DNA of 63,928 bases, counting the filler, from Dicyema japonicum (Eukaryota > Animalia > Dicyemida), in assembly GCA_011109175.1 (NCBI GenBank). It is 8 parts of 7 records of this genome, joined end to end, with 100 filler letters (N's around TTAATTAATTAA, not from the genome) between each part and the next. Parts side by side here need not be neighbours in the genome. Positions count along the whole stretch, not along the records: positions 1 to 7,978 come from RDEW01000008.1; positions 8,079 to 21,446 come from RDEW01000008.1; 6 more parts are not named here. One strand, written 5' to 3'. Below, piece after piece: positions 1 to 11,699 of the stretch; position 1 is the first letter of the stretch, and each line of letters begins with the position of its first letter. The position numbers and the translations under genes are program-made. The notes under the pieces are model-generated. The model did no database searches and was not told the origin of the DNA. It was given only the letters and a program-made list of their open reading frames with translations.

Positions 1-999
1 TCTCCCATGGGTTCCTTACTTGCATTAATTAGTTATGACTGCTTTTCCTGGGCTTACCAAAGATTGTAATCCTAGGGAAATAAATAAATTAAAATAGTAC
101 TACTATTTCTCTATCTCCCTTTCAGAATTTCTATTAATTTGCCTTTATCATTCACATACAGTGTTGCGCACATATGTAAACTATATTTCAACATTGTATT
201 TCATTCACGGCACAGTACTAATTGATTACAGACCGGCAACAGTTTGGAGCTCACCTTTTGGGGAGTTTGAAATACACAATATAATTAAAAATTTAATTTT
301 TAATTTGTAAAATTATGTATTTAATTATGTAACAAATGAGAAATAATTTAGTAATAATTAATATATAAACAATATAAAAGAATAATAGAATAGAATATTG
401 AAAAAGTTATTTCATCCCAGCAATTTACATACAAACATAATTTGGATTCAAAATATATCTAATTTTTTCACAAAAATAAAAATAATTATAACGAAAATTA
501 CATTGAATTATTTTATTTTCTGATGAGATTAGAAAACATTTATATTTTAATTTTTAAAATAAATCATCCTAACTCAAAATATCGGAATGTTTATTATTTG
601 TTTATTCAGAACCCAGGAATGTTATTCTATCAATACATTGAGAAAAACAATTTTTTATTTTAAATACAAATCTATATCAAGATCTAATGCTTATTATGAT
701 GTTGTTTCGAATTTTCATAAATAACTGAAAAACTAAAAAAACAAAAATTATGATATTATTTACTTTAATATTCCAATGCACTCAATATTATCTGATATCT
801 GTTTTTTATTATCCCAACTAAATGGGATTAAATATAATTTTCTGGCAGAATATTTCCACAAAATAAAAATCCTCATAAACAACATCTAAACTAAATGCAT
901 TTTGGTGGAATTATTTTTGAAACGATTGATAGATGGATAATTTTATTAACATAAAAAACTCGTTACTAATTAAAAACTAATTAAAAAAGGAGAAGGCAA

Positions 1000-1480
1000 C
1001 GAGTTGTTCTGGTAAATGGAGTCTGGTATAACGGACACCATATGTCTCCTTTTTGAATTATTGACCCCTTGCATCCAACAAGAATTATTTTTTCAAGTGG
1101 TGCAATATTTCCTTAATGGATCTTGCACGTATCTCATCACTAGGCGGTAATTTAGACTTTAAATCAAGTTTATATGCCAGTTTAATTGCATATCTCCTCG
1201 ATTTATCGAGAAGCTCTATAAGAGTATTCTCTCGTCACTTTCAAACCATCCTTGGAAGCCATAAACCAAGAATGGTTCTATACAAGCTGTATACATATAA
1301 AGACAAAAGTTTACGGATTCAATGAAACGATTGCATTGAAGAGTTTAGTATATTGTTTATAAAGTTCACAATACTCAGAAGATTAGAATATATTTTCAAG
1401 ATGAGACAACAGTATCTCTGAGTTAAAGCCGCTATTTCGTAAACTCAATATAAAAAAAGCCAACAATATCCTAATTTTTT
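1000..1480 (-). mobile_element. Heavily decayed LINE RT C-terminal remnant
   Basis: Broken minus-strand translation gives ACIEPFLVYGFQGWF, resembling the post-RT 'xIESxLxYxxxxW' segment of non-LTR elements; many stops. Confidence 0.3.
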
Positions 1481-2477
1481 GACGATATATTTTTCAGACT
1501 TAACCAGTTGCATTATTGACATGAGTGATAAAGTATGATGGCTGAATTTGCTAAAATCTAAAAAAAATCAAGTTAAAACTGTTTGACTACTTTCCAGTAC
1601 ACATAATGTTTTAAAAATGCTCCAAATTAAAAAATATAAAGAAAACTGTTGACGTGACTAAACGAATTTCTCTAATATGATAATAAACTGAAATAATAAT
1701 CAGAAATATTTCAAATCTACTTGCTTTAGTGGATATGAAGTCTTCTATTCACTAATCAATTTATTTCACGGTTTGTCTAGCTTTTATTTTCTAAAATGAA
1801 AATTTGGTAATAAATCCTATGAATTCTCGTTTGGGTTAGTTTTATTATTGATTCTAGTCAATACGTTATTTATCGATTAGATTTCTCCACTGATTCACAT
1901 TGGTTTACTTGAAAATTATACATTTTACGGTTTGGCCAATAAATTGAGTTCAACCTAATCGGATGATCAATTACCGGGGATTTTCGAAAATAAGCCCATG
2001 TCTAAAAAATCAACGCATAAAAATAATCAAAAGCAAAAAAACGTTTAAGAATTTATTAAATCTATATTATCAATATCATTGATGATTATTCATCAGAAAT
2101 ACCGTCATTTTCATTCTCTAATTCAACATGTGCCACATTCCCTTTTTATATTTTTCTGTAGCCTTGAGTGCAAAAATCAAGAGGAACTTTTTTGCCTCTT
2201 GATGCATTTTCTCAACAAAAAGAATTTGACTGCTCGAAAGTAATTAGAACACATGTCTGATCCACTAAAGTAACTGTTTCAATTATTTTGAATATCCATT
2301 GAATTGACAAGCAGAATTTACCTTTCTTATATTTATGGTTTGACATTAAAAAACAAATTAGGCGTTTTTTTAAATTATAAAACTTGATTAACTCAAATAA
2401 GCCATAATCTAAGTAGCTTTGTAGGCTTTCAGTCTATTCACGTAATCTATTTTGAAAACTTGATACAATGAATTGTG

Positions 2478-4830
2478 TTTATTTATTTAGAACCCCGGAT
2501 CATCGAGAAATAAACACAAATAATGTCAGACAGTTAGGCAATCCCAATTCCCGCAATCAAACAAGCCATCCAACGTCTGTCGTCTCACATAGTTCCCACT
2601 ACCGTGCGAAAGAGCCTTCTCTCATCCTTTCAGAGTAATCTAATCGGGGAACTTTCTAACCAATCGACCTTCATTTGCCTTGGAAAAGAACAGGCTAAGC
2701 GGGTTTCCGTCCTCCTTAAAGACCTGAAAAAAATCCGGTTTCGCAACTACGGGTCGCAGCTTTCGTAAGTAGTGGGTTAACCGTTGATCCAGAGTGAGGG
2801 TCCATCATAGATATAGTTTTCCGGNTGATTTCGAGCTAAGTTGCCCACAGACGACTCCCCCACGTCGCCCAGATAGAAATTGGCCAACCACAGCTTTCGG
2901 TTTGGACGAATCTTCGAATCAAAAATCTTCCCAATTAGAAGCTTCCTTTTGACAGTGTCGAAACCCTAGTTTATGTCAATTGATACCAAAATAGTTCGCA
3001 TGTGTTGTGGCATTAAATCCATCGGCTATGAATTGGGATAGTGTGGTTAAATGGGTGGTGGACCTTCCAAAACGAAACCATGTTGAAAAGCCGGTGAGAA
3101 AGGTCTGTAGTTTTTTCAAGATGATTGATAGTGTGCTGGTTAGGTTGATTGTAATCTATGGAACAGGTTATCTATCCGGATTTCCATCCTTCAAAACTGG
3201 TTTGATAACAGTTCTTCCAAATCTTGGGAATACTATTGTAGTTAATAGACAGTTTAAATACTTGCGTGGGGTAGCTAATTGCGTATTTGATTAAGTGTTT
3301 TAGGTGAATTGAAGATACTTTGTCAGGGGCGCAGACCCGTGAGTTCTTTAATCCGGTTATTATCTATGAGACCTGGTTGTCTGAAAATAGTTTTTGGTAA
3401 GGTTATTATTCGGTTTACGGGCACTTACTTTGATATCCAGTTGTTTAGAGAATTTCTTGAAGCTGATCGCAGCGTAATATTTCATAAGTAGGTTGGGTGA
3501 ATATTACAAATGTGTTCTGGAGAAGGGTTACCGGTTCCATTTGCATCTTCCAACTTTGATTTAATTTGTTTTAGTGTTTTCCAAAATTGATGAGATGAAC
3601 TTTTCCCATTGAGATGATTGACAAGGTGACCCCATCTCTAATCCTGATGGTATTTTGTGCTCTGGTTGATACTTTTATTTAGTTGTCTGATGGATTTCAA
3701 CTCCGTCAGATGGCATCTTTGCATTTGGTTTCTTTGTTTAATTANTCTAATCCTGGTGGTATTTTGTGCTCTGGTTGATACTTTTATTTAGTTGTCTGAT
3801 GGATTTCAACTCCGTCAGATGGCATCTTTGCATTTGGTTTCTTTGTTTAATTAGTGTAAGTGTCCGGGAATTGAAGGTATCAGTCTTTTGAATGGGCACA
3901 CTGATGATTTTTGCGACTTCATCCATCGAACGTATATGGATGATATTCCTTTAATCAATTCCAGGTCAACGAAGCCAGTCGACCTTCTAATAATTCTTGA
4001 AACTTAACATCGGCCTGCAATGTCGGCGTCTCCGAAATCCTCTTAACATATGAGAGGTGGGATTATGGTCGCTAGAAAAACCATAATTCACATCCCATGT
4101 AGTAATTCTTGCTAAAAAGGAAAAACATAAGGTTATATCAGAAGTGCAGCTATCAATGGTCCGTAAAAGGGATCTTGTGTGTAATTTAAGGTCATTCAGA
4201 ATAATCATATAACAGAGGACTGTGAAGTAAGCCAAACAAGGTGTCCAGCATATATTAGTACGTTCTTTAGTACTGAGAGGCGGGGAATATATGGGGTGTA
4301 GGATTTTGAGCAGGATCCTTGTGGTGGAATACATATGTTAATCAAATTGATCCAGAAAGACGGGTACAGTTCAATTTTGATGGTGATCTGTTACATGGTA
4401 TCATCTGAGTCCAAAAGTTCGGAGGTCCATCGACTCACGTCAATGAAAGGTACACAGATCTTTATAATTGTGAGTAATCCTCTACCTGGTCTTCCTTGAC
4501 TGTCCTTACAGATTACCATGTATCCCGGAAAGGAAAGTGTTGGCGTGGAGGAATAGAGCAAAATCAGCTCAATTTTCAGGGAGCTCTAAGTTCCATAATC
4601 TTCCTTCTAATTTCATTTGTATTTACTTGTAGAATTATTAAGTCTCCACGTGGACCAGGGTTTGTTTAAATGTCGCCACATAGCAGGATCAATATGCAGA
4701 ACAGTGATGACACAAGAAGAAGGAGGAGACACATAAGTTACGGAACCCTCAAGTGGTGGGAAAAAAGTTAATGGCTCTTTTCGTTCATTTCCGGAATAGG
4801 TGACACCTTTTCGGGTGAGCCACAAGACAC
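2478..4830 (-). mobile_element. APE-type non-LTR retrotransposon (I/Ingi-like, family A), decayed, near full length
   Basis: Minus strand: LIILQVNTN...FPGY..ICKD..GRPGRGLLTIIK...INICIPP...SDHNP (APE); IPKIWK, GFRFGRSTT, TILVSIDIN*GFDTVKRKLLIGKIF (RT); 3' end GATCCGGGGTTCT followed by an (AAAT)n tail at 2478-2503. Many stops and frameshifts. Confidence 0.85.
4651..4710 (-). other. 2A-like (StopGo) peptide at the N-terminus of the LINE A APE domain
   Basis: Codons read SSLFCILILLCGDI*TNPGP then RGDLIILQVNTN. The TAA at 4666-4668 is one substitution from GAA, giving the canonical GDIExNPGP. Confidence 0.8.
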
Positions 4831-5134
4831 CACGTTAATCACATTTTACTTATTCCTAGAATATAGATGAATTCAATATATTTAATTTCTTTTCAATGAT
4901 AATTTTTATATTTTTGTTTTTAAAAATTTTAATTTTAATCTTAGATGCTGGGTTATTGAAAACGTATTTCCTAAAAAACCGTTAGGGGAAATGCGTTTTC
5001 AATTCTGAATGCAGCCAGCCTAGACTAAATGAACTTTTAGTAGTATTTATAGCTCCGCATAGGCAGAACACACACTTTATTTAAGTAAAGAACAGTTAAT
5101 TTTAACTAATCGTAGAACCGAGGAATGATCTTCA

Positions 5135-5326
5135 CTTCTTTTTTTCTTTTTCTTGTGTGAGTGTCCTTTCTAGACAATCCAGTTCCGCAGTGAGTATCCA
5201 CTGATGATGGCGTCACTCGTCAAACCTTTTCTGCATCGTAGATTCATGGTACCTTCCACCAGGCAACCTAAGTCACCCGTAACCTAAGTCATTTAAGCCT
5301 GACACCTAACCACTATGCCACCCGGC
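5135..5326 (-). mobile_element. tRNA-derived SINE, copy 1
   Basis: Reverse complement closely matches 7800-7978; A-box-like TGGCATAGTGG; AAG-rich tail; the B box is disrupted in this copy. Confidence 0.8.
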
Positions 5327-6403
5327 TTTGTTGCTGATAGTAGTCAATTAAATATTTTAGTAATATTGTAGTAGTTTAAACTACTTTAGTACAATTTCTA
5401 TGCAAGTTTAAATTGAACAGAAGCACTGCATTTGCGAGATTCTCGGATGCAACGTGCAGCGTTAGCGCAGAACGACGTCAACCAATCTGGAAAGGACTGA
5501 AAGATCCACTAACTCTTCATACGTTATTTAATCATCTATCTGATCGTTCACACATTTACTCTGTTCTTATCTCAATCAGCTACGATTTATGTTAGAAGGA
5601 TCTCCCTCCAATATCTTGATGGTCAGGGCTATTTGAGAGCATATCGCTCGCTTTCATGAGTTTAAAAATCAAAAATATTAATAGTTAATTAAATTTAGTA
5701 TTCAACAATCTGACTATGCTGCTTGACAAGTCAAAATCACGATTTCAGTCCATTTACTACAATTTTTACTGCTATGGCAATGTATGAGTAATTACATTCT
5801 GGTTAATCATGCTTACAGAATAGAGGATATCCCCAAGACTGTGTTTATATTCTACGAACATTTTCTCGAGTGTTTCCAACGCTACTGTCTGAATATATTA
5901 TTGAACATTCTCTTTGAGCTGAAGGAGCACCATATTATTTAAAAAAATGTAGATTCTATCCTGGGTAAGAATAATCGGCATGATCTTGTAATTATTTTTA
6001 ATTCACCCACGTGCATGTCACATTTATCGTGTTTTTCTACTTTGACATATTTTAGATCAAAAAAAGGAAATCTGTTACAAGTCAACCTATAATTACGACG
6101 ATCACTCATCTTTCGTGAAATACTATGGATGCTCATGCACCTAAATATCAGCAGAACAATATAATTGAACTTCGAAATTTATAAAAAATATGAAATGGAC
6201 GTATTTCCTCTACAAAAGAAAGGGAATTACAATCCCAACAATTAATACACAGAGTATACAAACATCGAGATAGATCAGCACCATGCTGCAGATGAAGAAT
6301 AATTCCTAACAATCTACTAAATTACTTGAATCCTTAACGATTATCCTTTTTTTTCAAAACAATCAGTTTTTTATTTAAATACCTAAAATTTAAACAATAG
6401 AAG

Positions 6404-6690
6404 TCAGGTAGTTGCCGCCCTCACTGCGTGGCTGTTTCCTCTCAAAATTGCGAGCGAAATTCGCTCAAATAGCCAGCGGCGTTCACGGAGATCTCCAGTG
6501 CATGAGGTGATCCGGTTTCCCAGACGTCCGAAAAACTCGAGTTTAGAGGGGGAGTAGGATCCGGAAGTCTCCATAGCAAGGGGAACAAATTTGACATCAT
6601 CGGGAAGGTCGACGTATTTAATGAGTTTGGCTTTCTCCGCCTTTACGGATACTGAACAGGCCCTTGTAGCACTCTCGTGACGATTATCTT
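6404..6690 (-). mobile_element. CRE-like non-LTR retrotransposon, C-terminal restriction-like endonuclease fragment
   Basis: Stop-free frame ...KAEKAKLIKYVDLPDDVKFVPLAMETSGSYSPSKLEFFGRLGNRITSCTGDLRERRWLFERISLAILRGNSHAV...*, matching the CRE-type AE..K..KY / P...ET.G / QRxSxAxxRGN pattern. Confidence 0.75.
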
Positions 6691-6879
6691 TATCATGGAA
6701 AAACCTTAGTTAATTCGTTTACATATGAGAACAACTATTTCACAAATCATTTATGTCATAAATCATATAAATTATTTAAAAAAACTCAATTAATTATGGA
6801 TGATTAAATTGTTAAATGATTTTTTTCAAAATAATTTTGTGAGTAATCAACATTATTGTCTAAAAAATAAAAGCCATTA

Positions 6880-7300
6880 CATAGATATGTCACAGAGCTA
6901 GAGCTCAAGAAAATGGATATATTTCATCGAAAACAATTACGCAATTTAATGGGCCTAGGTTGGCCCAAGAAGATTTCAAATAAGAAATTATACTCTGTGG
7001 CACAATCGAGGCCAATAAGCATCGACATTATTGAATCAAGATGGAGACTGTTTGGGCACGTGATTAGAATGGACATAAACGCCCCAGCAAATATAATAAT
7101 GGACAATTACTTTAACAATGAGAACAACCCATCGTTCAGAAAAAGACATAGAGTCACTTTACCCGTGGCTCTGATCAAGGATCTTAATGGAATTGGAAGA
7201 AAACTTAAATCCGCAGAAGCGCAAAGCAGAGGGTGATGGAGACGCCTAGTGAAGCAAATCTCGAAACGTGTGGCACAAACGGGACCTTAGTTAATATAAC
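6880..7300 (+). mobile_element. RTE-like LINE 3' fragment
   Basis: ORF 6913-7236 (FHRKQLRNLMGLGWPKKISNKKLY...RWRLFGHVIRMD..APA) followed by WRRLV, typical of the RTE C-terminus. Confidence 0.75.
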
Positions 7301-7799
7301 CTACTTTGATTCTGTGAAAGTGCTTTTAATAATAATAACTAAAGGTATGTTCCACCGACTCTCTTCACTGACCAACTATTCGGATCCTGAGTCAGCAAAC
7401 TGCACCAATAATCGATCCCATACATATGGAAGCTACAAGCCATAGATGTATGAGATATTGATTAATACGAGTCTATGCTATTATGTATATGCTACTTCGA
7501 ATTGTATCAATTGCATAATGAGTATTTAAGACACTTGGAAGTAGATAGAAAAATCCAATCACGTATCTAAAAAAAACCTCTGTTTAAGAGAACACTCATG
7601 AACATCACATATGACGCTCTCCTTGCGAATCCTTTTGTGCAGAATGCAAGAGGATGATAGTAAAGAATAGGACGAACTCAAAAGAAACATAAAAAAAATT
7701 GTTACCCTAGATAATCTAATTCTATTATTATAACGATTATTAACACTGCCATATGAACAAAATGTCTAATATACTAACTAAGTACATACACGTGCCACA

Positions 7800-7978
7800 G
7801 CCGGGTGGCATAGTGGTTAGGTGTCAGGCTTAAGTGACTTAGATTACGGGTTCGATTCTCGCTTCTGTTCACTTGGTGAAAGGTTTCACTGATCTACGAT
7901 GCCAGAAGGGTTTGACGAGTGACGCCGTCATCAGTGGATATTTCTGCGGAACTGGATTGGCTAGAAAAGACCCACACA
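7800..7978 (+). mobile_element. tRNA-derived SINE, copy 2 (cut by gap)
   Basis: GCCGGGTGGCATAGTGGTTAGG (A box) and GGGTTCGATTC (B box), then a non-tRNA body shared with 5135-5326. Confidence 0.8.
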
Positions 7979-8078
7979 NNNNNNNNNNNNNNNNNNNNNN
8001 NNNNNNNNNNNNNNNNNNNNNNTTAATTAATTAANNNNNNNNNNNNNNNNNNNNNNNNNNNNNNNNNNNNNNNNNNNN
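7979..8078. other. Artificial assembly spacer 44N-TTAATTAATTAA-44N
   Basis: Identical 100-nt block with stops in all frames, also at 21447, 23972, 30577, 38656, 49366 and 61829. Confidence 0.95.
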
Positions 8079-8185
8079 AATACATAAAAAAATTATTGTT
8101 GACATGCAAAGAATACCAAGGCACTTTAAAATACGTCATATATTTTGCTACATTCCTTACTATATGACAGATGTTTTAAGCAATA

Positions 8186-8232
8186 TGTCGCGAGCGCTAC
8201 TTGCAACTATGCGCTACCTCAATATCGATTTT
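8186..8232 (+). repeat. Terminal inverted repeat (TGTCGCGAGCGCTACTTGCA...) of a Ginger-like transposon
   Basis: Inverted match to 13567-13614; starts with TGT, as Ginger termini do. Confidence 0.6.
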
Positions 8233-8234
8233 TT

Positions 8235-8755
8235 TGTTTGCCTATCGAGGATTCCTAATTGTTCTCACCTGAAATGATCTGCCACCAAGAGACGTACCAT
8301 TTGCTTCCGTTTATTTTTATCTGGGTGACTCTGTGTCTATGTGTATTATTATTATTATGTGTAAAAAAACATTAATGGGTTCAATTCACTCCCATATTCT
8401 TGATTTTCTCTAAATGGTAATACCATCTCCATAAAGGTTTATTTCTATCGTATCCTTTGTCTAAGTTGATAAAAATCGCTTCGAAGTCAGTCCAGCTTAC
8501 AGATCAGCTACGTGTGACTAAAGTTCTTATTTGCAACATCAACGTATCTGTTTCGAGTTACTATAATTAAATCGTCAGCATATGTTGGAAACTTTGAATC
8601 AGGCCGTTCAGCGCGGGGTAGGTCGATTAAGAATAAATTAAAAAGTGTCGGAGAAAGAGGCGATCCTTGAGGGAGACCATTCGAGTGAGGCTGCATATCT
8701 ATTTTAAATGGCCTATATCTAAACAACTTCCCCTTGGAGTTCTTTAACAAATATT
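8235..8755 (-). mobile_element. LINE reverse transcriptase fragment
   Basis: ORF 8508-8750: GLPQGSPLSPTLFNLFL...TYADDLII (RT PQG and YADD motifs). Confidence 0.85.
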
Positions 8756-8759
8756 AAAT

Positions 8760-9630
8760 CTTTTTACTTGAAATCATTATTAAAAAACTACAAGAATTCC
8801 TTCACGAGATTCAAATTTGGCTAAATTATAACAGGGTTGATATATCTACTGAAAAATCTTCTTCGTCCTTATTTACCTCAGACAAACGACTTGGACAAAT
8901 GACAGTGGATATATTTATCAACCAGGCAAAAATACCTTTCACGAAGAATCTGAAAATTTTGGGGATCACATTCGACACACATATGTCTATTCATTTCACG
9001 TCGACGATGTCTCTGGAATCACTCAAGAAAGCTAGGGATAGTCGAAACTGTTATTGGTTGCATTAAAACCCTTTTCCCAGCTTTGAAACTGTTGTACAAA
9101 CAATTCATTGAGCCATCTATCAGCTATGCCTGTACGTCATGGGGAATCAATCTGTCTTGGACGAACAAACAAAAAATCCGGGACATTCAGTCTTTAACAG
9201 CCACTACTATTAGTAATTTCGAAAAACTAATACCCTCATCACTTGAAGACCTTATCCGACAAAATGGAAATGGATTTGCTACGACGTGTCTTATGAGAAG
9301 GGTATACTTCACCCCTCTCCAATTCCTATTCCCGAAACCACTCCGCCCAAATAGAAGTTTTGTTGGATAATAGAAGTTGCGTTGGACGCACTTATCCGAC
9401 AAAATGGAAATGGATTTGCTACGACGTGTCTTATGAGAAGGGTATACTTCACCCCTCTCCAATTCCTATTCCCGAAACCACTCCGCCCAAATAGAAGTTG
9501 TGTTGGATAATAGAAGTTGCGTTGTACGCACGAAGAGAAATAGAGAATTCAGATCGAGGCCTTCGAGATCACTTAATTAGTTAAGTAATTAAATTAACTA
9601 TTGGTGTTCTTGGGTTAATAATAATAATAA
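8760..9630 (+). mobile_element. LINE family B, 5'-truncated 3' portion with (TAA)n tail
   Basis: KLQEFLHEIQIWL...LKILGITFDTHMS...LYKQFIEPSISYACTSWG; ends TTCTTGGGTTAATAATAATAA; internal duplication at about 9250-9520. Confidence 0.8.
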
Positions 9631-9734
9631 ATTTAAATTGTTAATAATTTTGGCGGTTCATATTTGTTTTTATGGAGACATTTAATGGAGTCGTTAAAAA
9701 ACTGGTAAAATTGTAACATTATTAGGCGTCACAT

Positions 9735-10937
9735 ATGATCAATGTTGATGTCATCAAAATTTACGACAATTCTGTTTACAGTCGGATTTTTAGACTAATC
9801 AAAGGTGATTTCGTTGAGAACAGCAAATCAGTGGAAGATTATCTAATAAATGAAGTCTTCAATGATTACGAGGAGGACATTTACTACCTCAAACACATAA
9901 TCGAAGAAAACAACCACGAAATGGTATAATATTCAGTTAAACTCAGATGCTTGCTATTTTGATGTCTCTCGTACCATTCACTGAGAGAGACTCGGTTCTA
10001 AGGTCTTTTGAGGAAGCCACTAAGAAACTAAACGCAAATGAGCATGAAATTTTGGTCAAATCTCTTCCTCGTTTGTATGACTCGCAGCGTTGTTATAAAC
10101 CACGTTTGAGTTATATTTATGACTTTGTCAGAGGTGAGACACCCTGTAAGACCTTATAACTGACTTTAGGGGTGAACAACAGTTTCTGTGAAGAGTTGAG
10201 AATCGGGGGTCAAAGTATGGCAAAGTTTGTTTCGGACACTGCTACAACGATGAAAAAAGTTCAATTTAAATTTTAAATTGAAGCGGGAAAATTTGTCCAA
10301 AATAATGCTTCTTGTGGAAGAATCCAAGATTGATGTTAAAATTTTTGAAAATTCCCTAAAGTCTATTAAAAGTGAGATTTCGTTACTACAACGATGAAAA
10401 AAGTTCAATTTAAATTTTAAATTTAAGCGGGAAAATTTGTCCAAAATAATGCTTCTTGTGGAAGAATCCAAGATCGAAGTCAAAATTCTTGAATATTCGC
10501 TAAAGTCCATCAAAAGTGAGATTTCGTCCTTTGATTGTCATAATGAGATGATAAGAAGGGAATGCGACTACTGCAGGCTCACTTTGGAACTTGACAACGA
10601 GAGGACAGAAGAGATCGAGGTATTAAAGAAAAAGAAGTCCCAAATGGAGGAGTTGATAAGAAAATACTCAAATTCTGTTAACAGGAACGAAGAGAATATA
10701 CGTAAACACGAGGAAAATTGTGAGATTTTGGACAGAAAAATAGTTCAGATCAGTCATACTGGAGAAAATGTTAACTTTCCTATTACTAAGGCAACCACCT
10801 GGACTAAATTGCCTCATACGTTGCCTAAATCGATGTCATGGACCTCAAATTTGTCGAGTTTTGATGAACTGCTTCCAAAGACTGAACGAAAGAAGGGATT
10901 ACTTAAAAAGATGTTTAATTTTAAATCTAAGAAATAA
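9735..10937 (+). CDS. Orphan gene, about 328 aa, with C-terminal coiled coil and three tiny introns
   Basis: Exons 9735-9923, 9947-10145, 10170-10258 and 10428-10937 join in frame via GT-AG introns of 23, 24 and 25 nt, once the 144-bp duplication (about 10242-10385) is collapsed. No homolog recognised. Confidence 0.65.
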
Positions 10938-10949
10938 ATTTGTTTAATT

Positions 10950-11220
10950 TGATTAGTTAACCCAGAATGTTTCGAGAGGAAGGTTTAGTTCTCATGATCA
11001 TATGGAGTCAAGGCCTTTCAAGTATTGAAGTCATCATGAAACCGGGTAAGAGTAGATAACGCCGAGTTCTAGCATTTGTGGGAATCCTCTATGGAATAAA
11101 CCAGTAGAATGGGAGAGGGGTGATGATTTTTTAATGCCATTTTCCCACTGGTCTCTCTTAAGACGAGTGGTTAGCATTACGAAAGACGTTGACTTGGAAA
11201 TGTCATCGGAAATAAATTAT
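10950..11220 (-). mobile_element. LINE 3'-end fragment
   Basis: Ends AACATTCTGGGTTAA (shared 3' motif); HHPSPILL resembles the family B C-terminal segment. Confidence 0.45.
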
Positions 11221-11699
11221 GTGTCTCATTTTGGTTGAAAGATCTAAATCAGGATATCAAGTTTCAAACCATAAAAGAATCATTTAACAAAAAATCAGAT
11301 ACTCATGTTTATGAGGATTTATGTAAAAATCAATTTCAACAATAAAACTCTTCATTTTCCAATATTTTAAACAATTTAAAATTCTAGGTTAGACGATTTT
11401 ATTCATTTAAGTTTCAATTAAGACAAAAAATTCAAAAAAAATATTTTATTTATAAGAAANAATTAACAAAAAATCAGATACTCATGTTTATGAGGATTTA
11501 TGTAAAAATCAATTTCAACAATAAAACTCTTCATTTTCCAATATTTTAAACAATCTAAAATTCTAGGTTAGACGATTTTATTCATTTAAGTTTCAATTAA
11601 GACAAAAAATTCAAAAAAAATATTTTATTTATAAGAAAGGGTAAGTCACTTCTTTTTAAGCTTTTTAGCGCGACTCATATAGACGATCTCGGTATGACC

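Noticed and set aside
5195-5230. Hammerhead ribozyme in the SINE antisense strand (CTGATGA...CAAAC)
   Set aside because: Both copies have CAAA instead of the required GAAA and lack the R10.1-Y11.1 closing pair.
8235-9630. Twin-priming 5' inversion of a single LINE
   Set aside because: The two arms overlap by several hundred nt in element coordinates and are divergent in sequence, so they are two different copies back to back.
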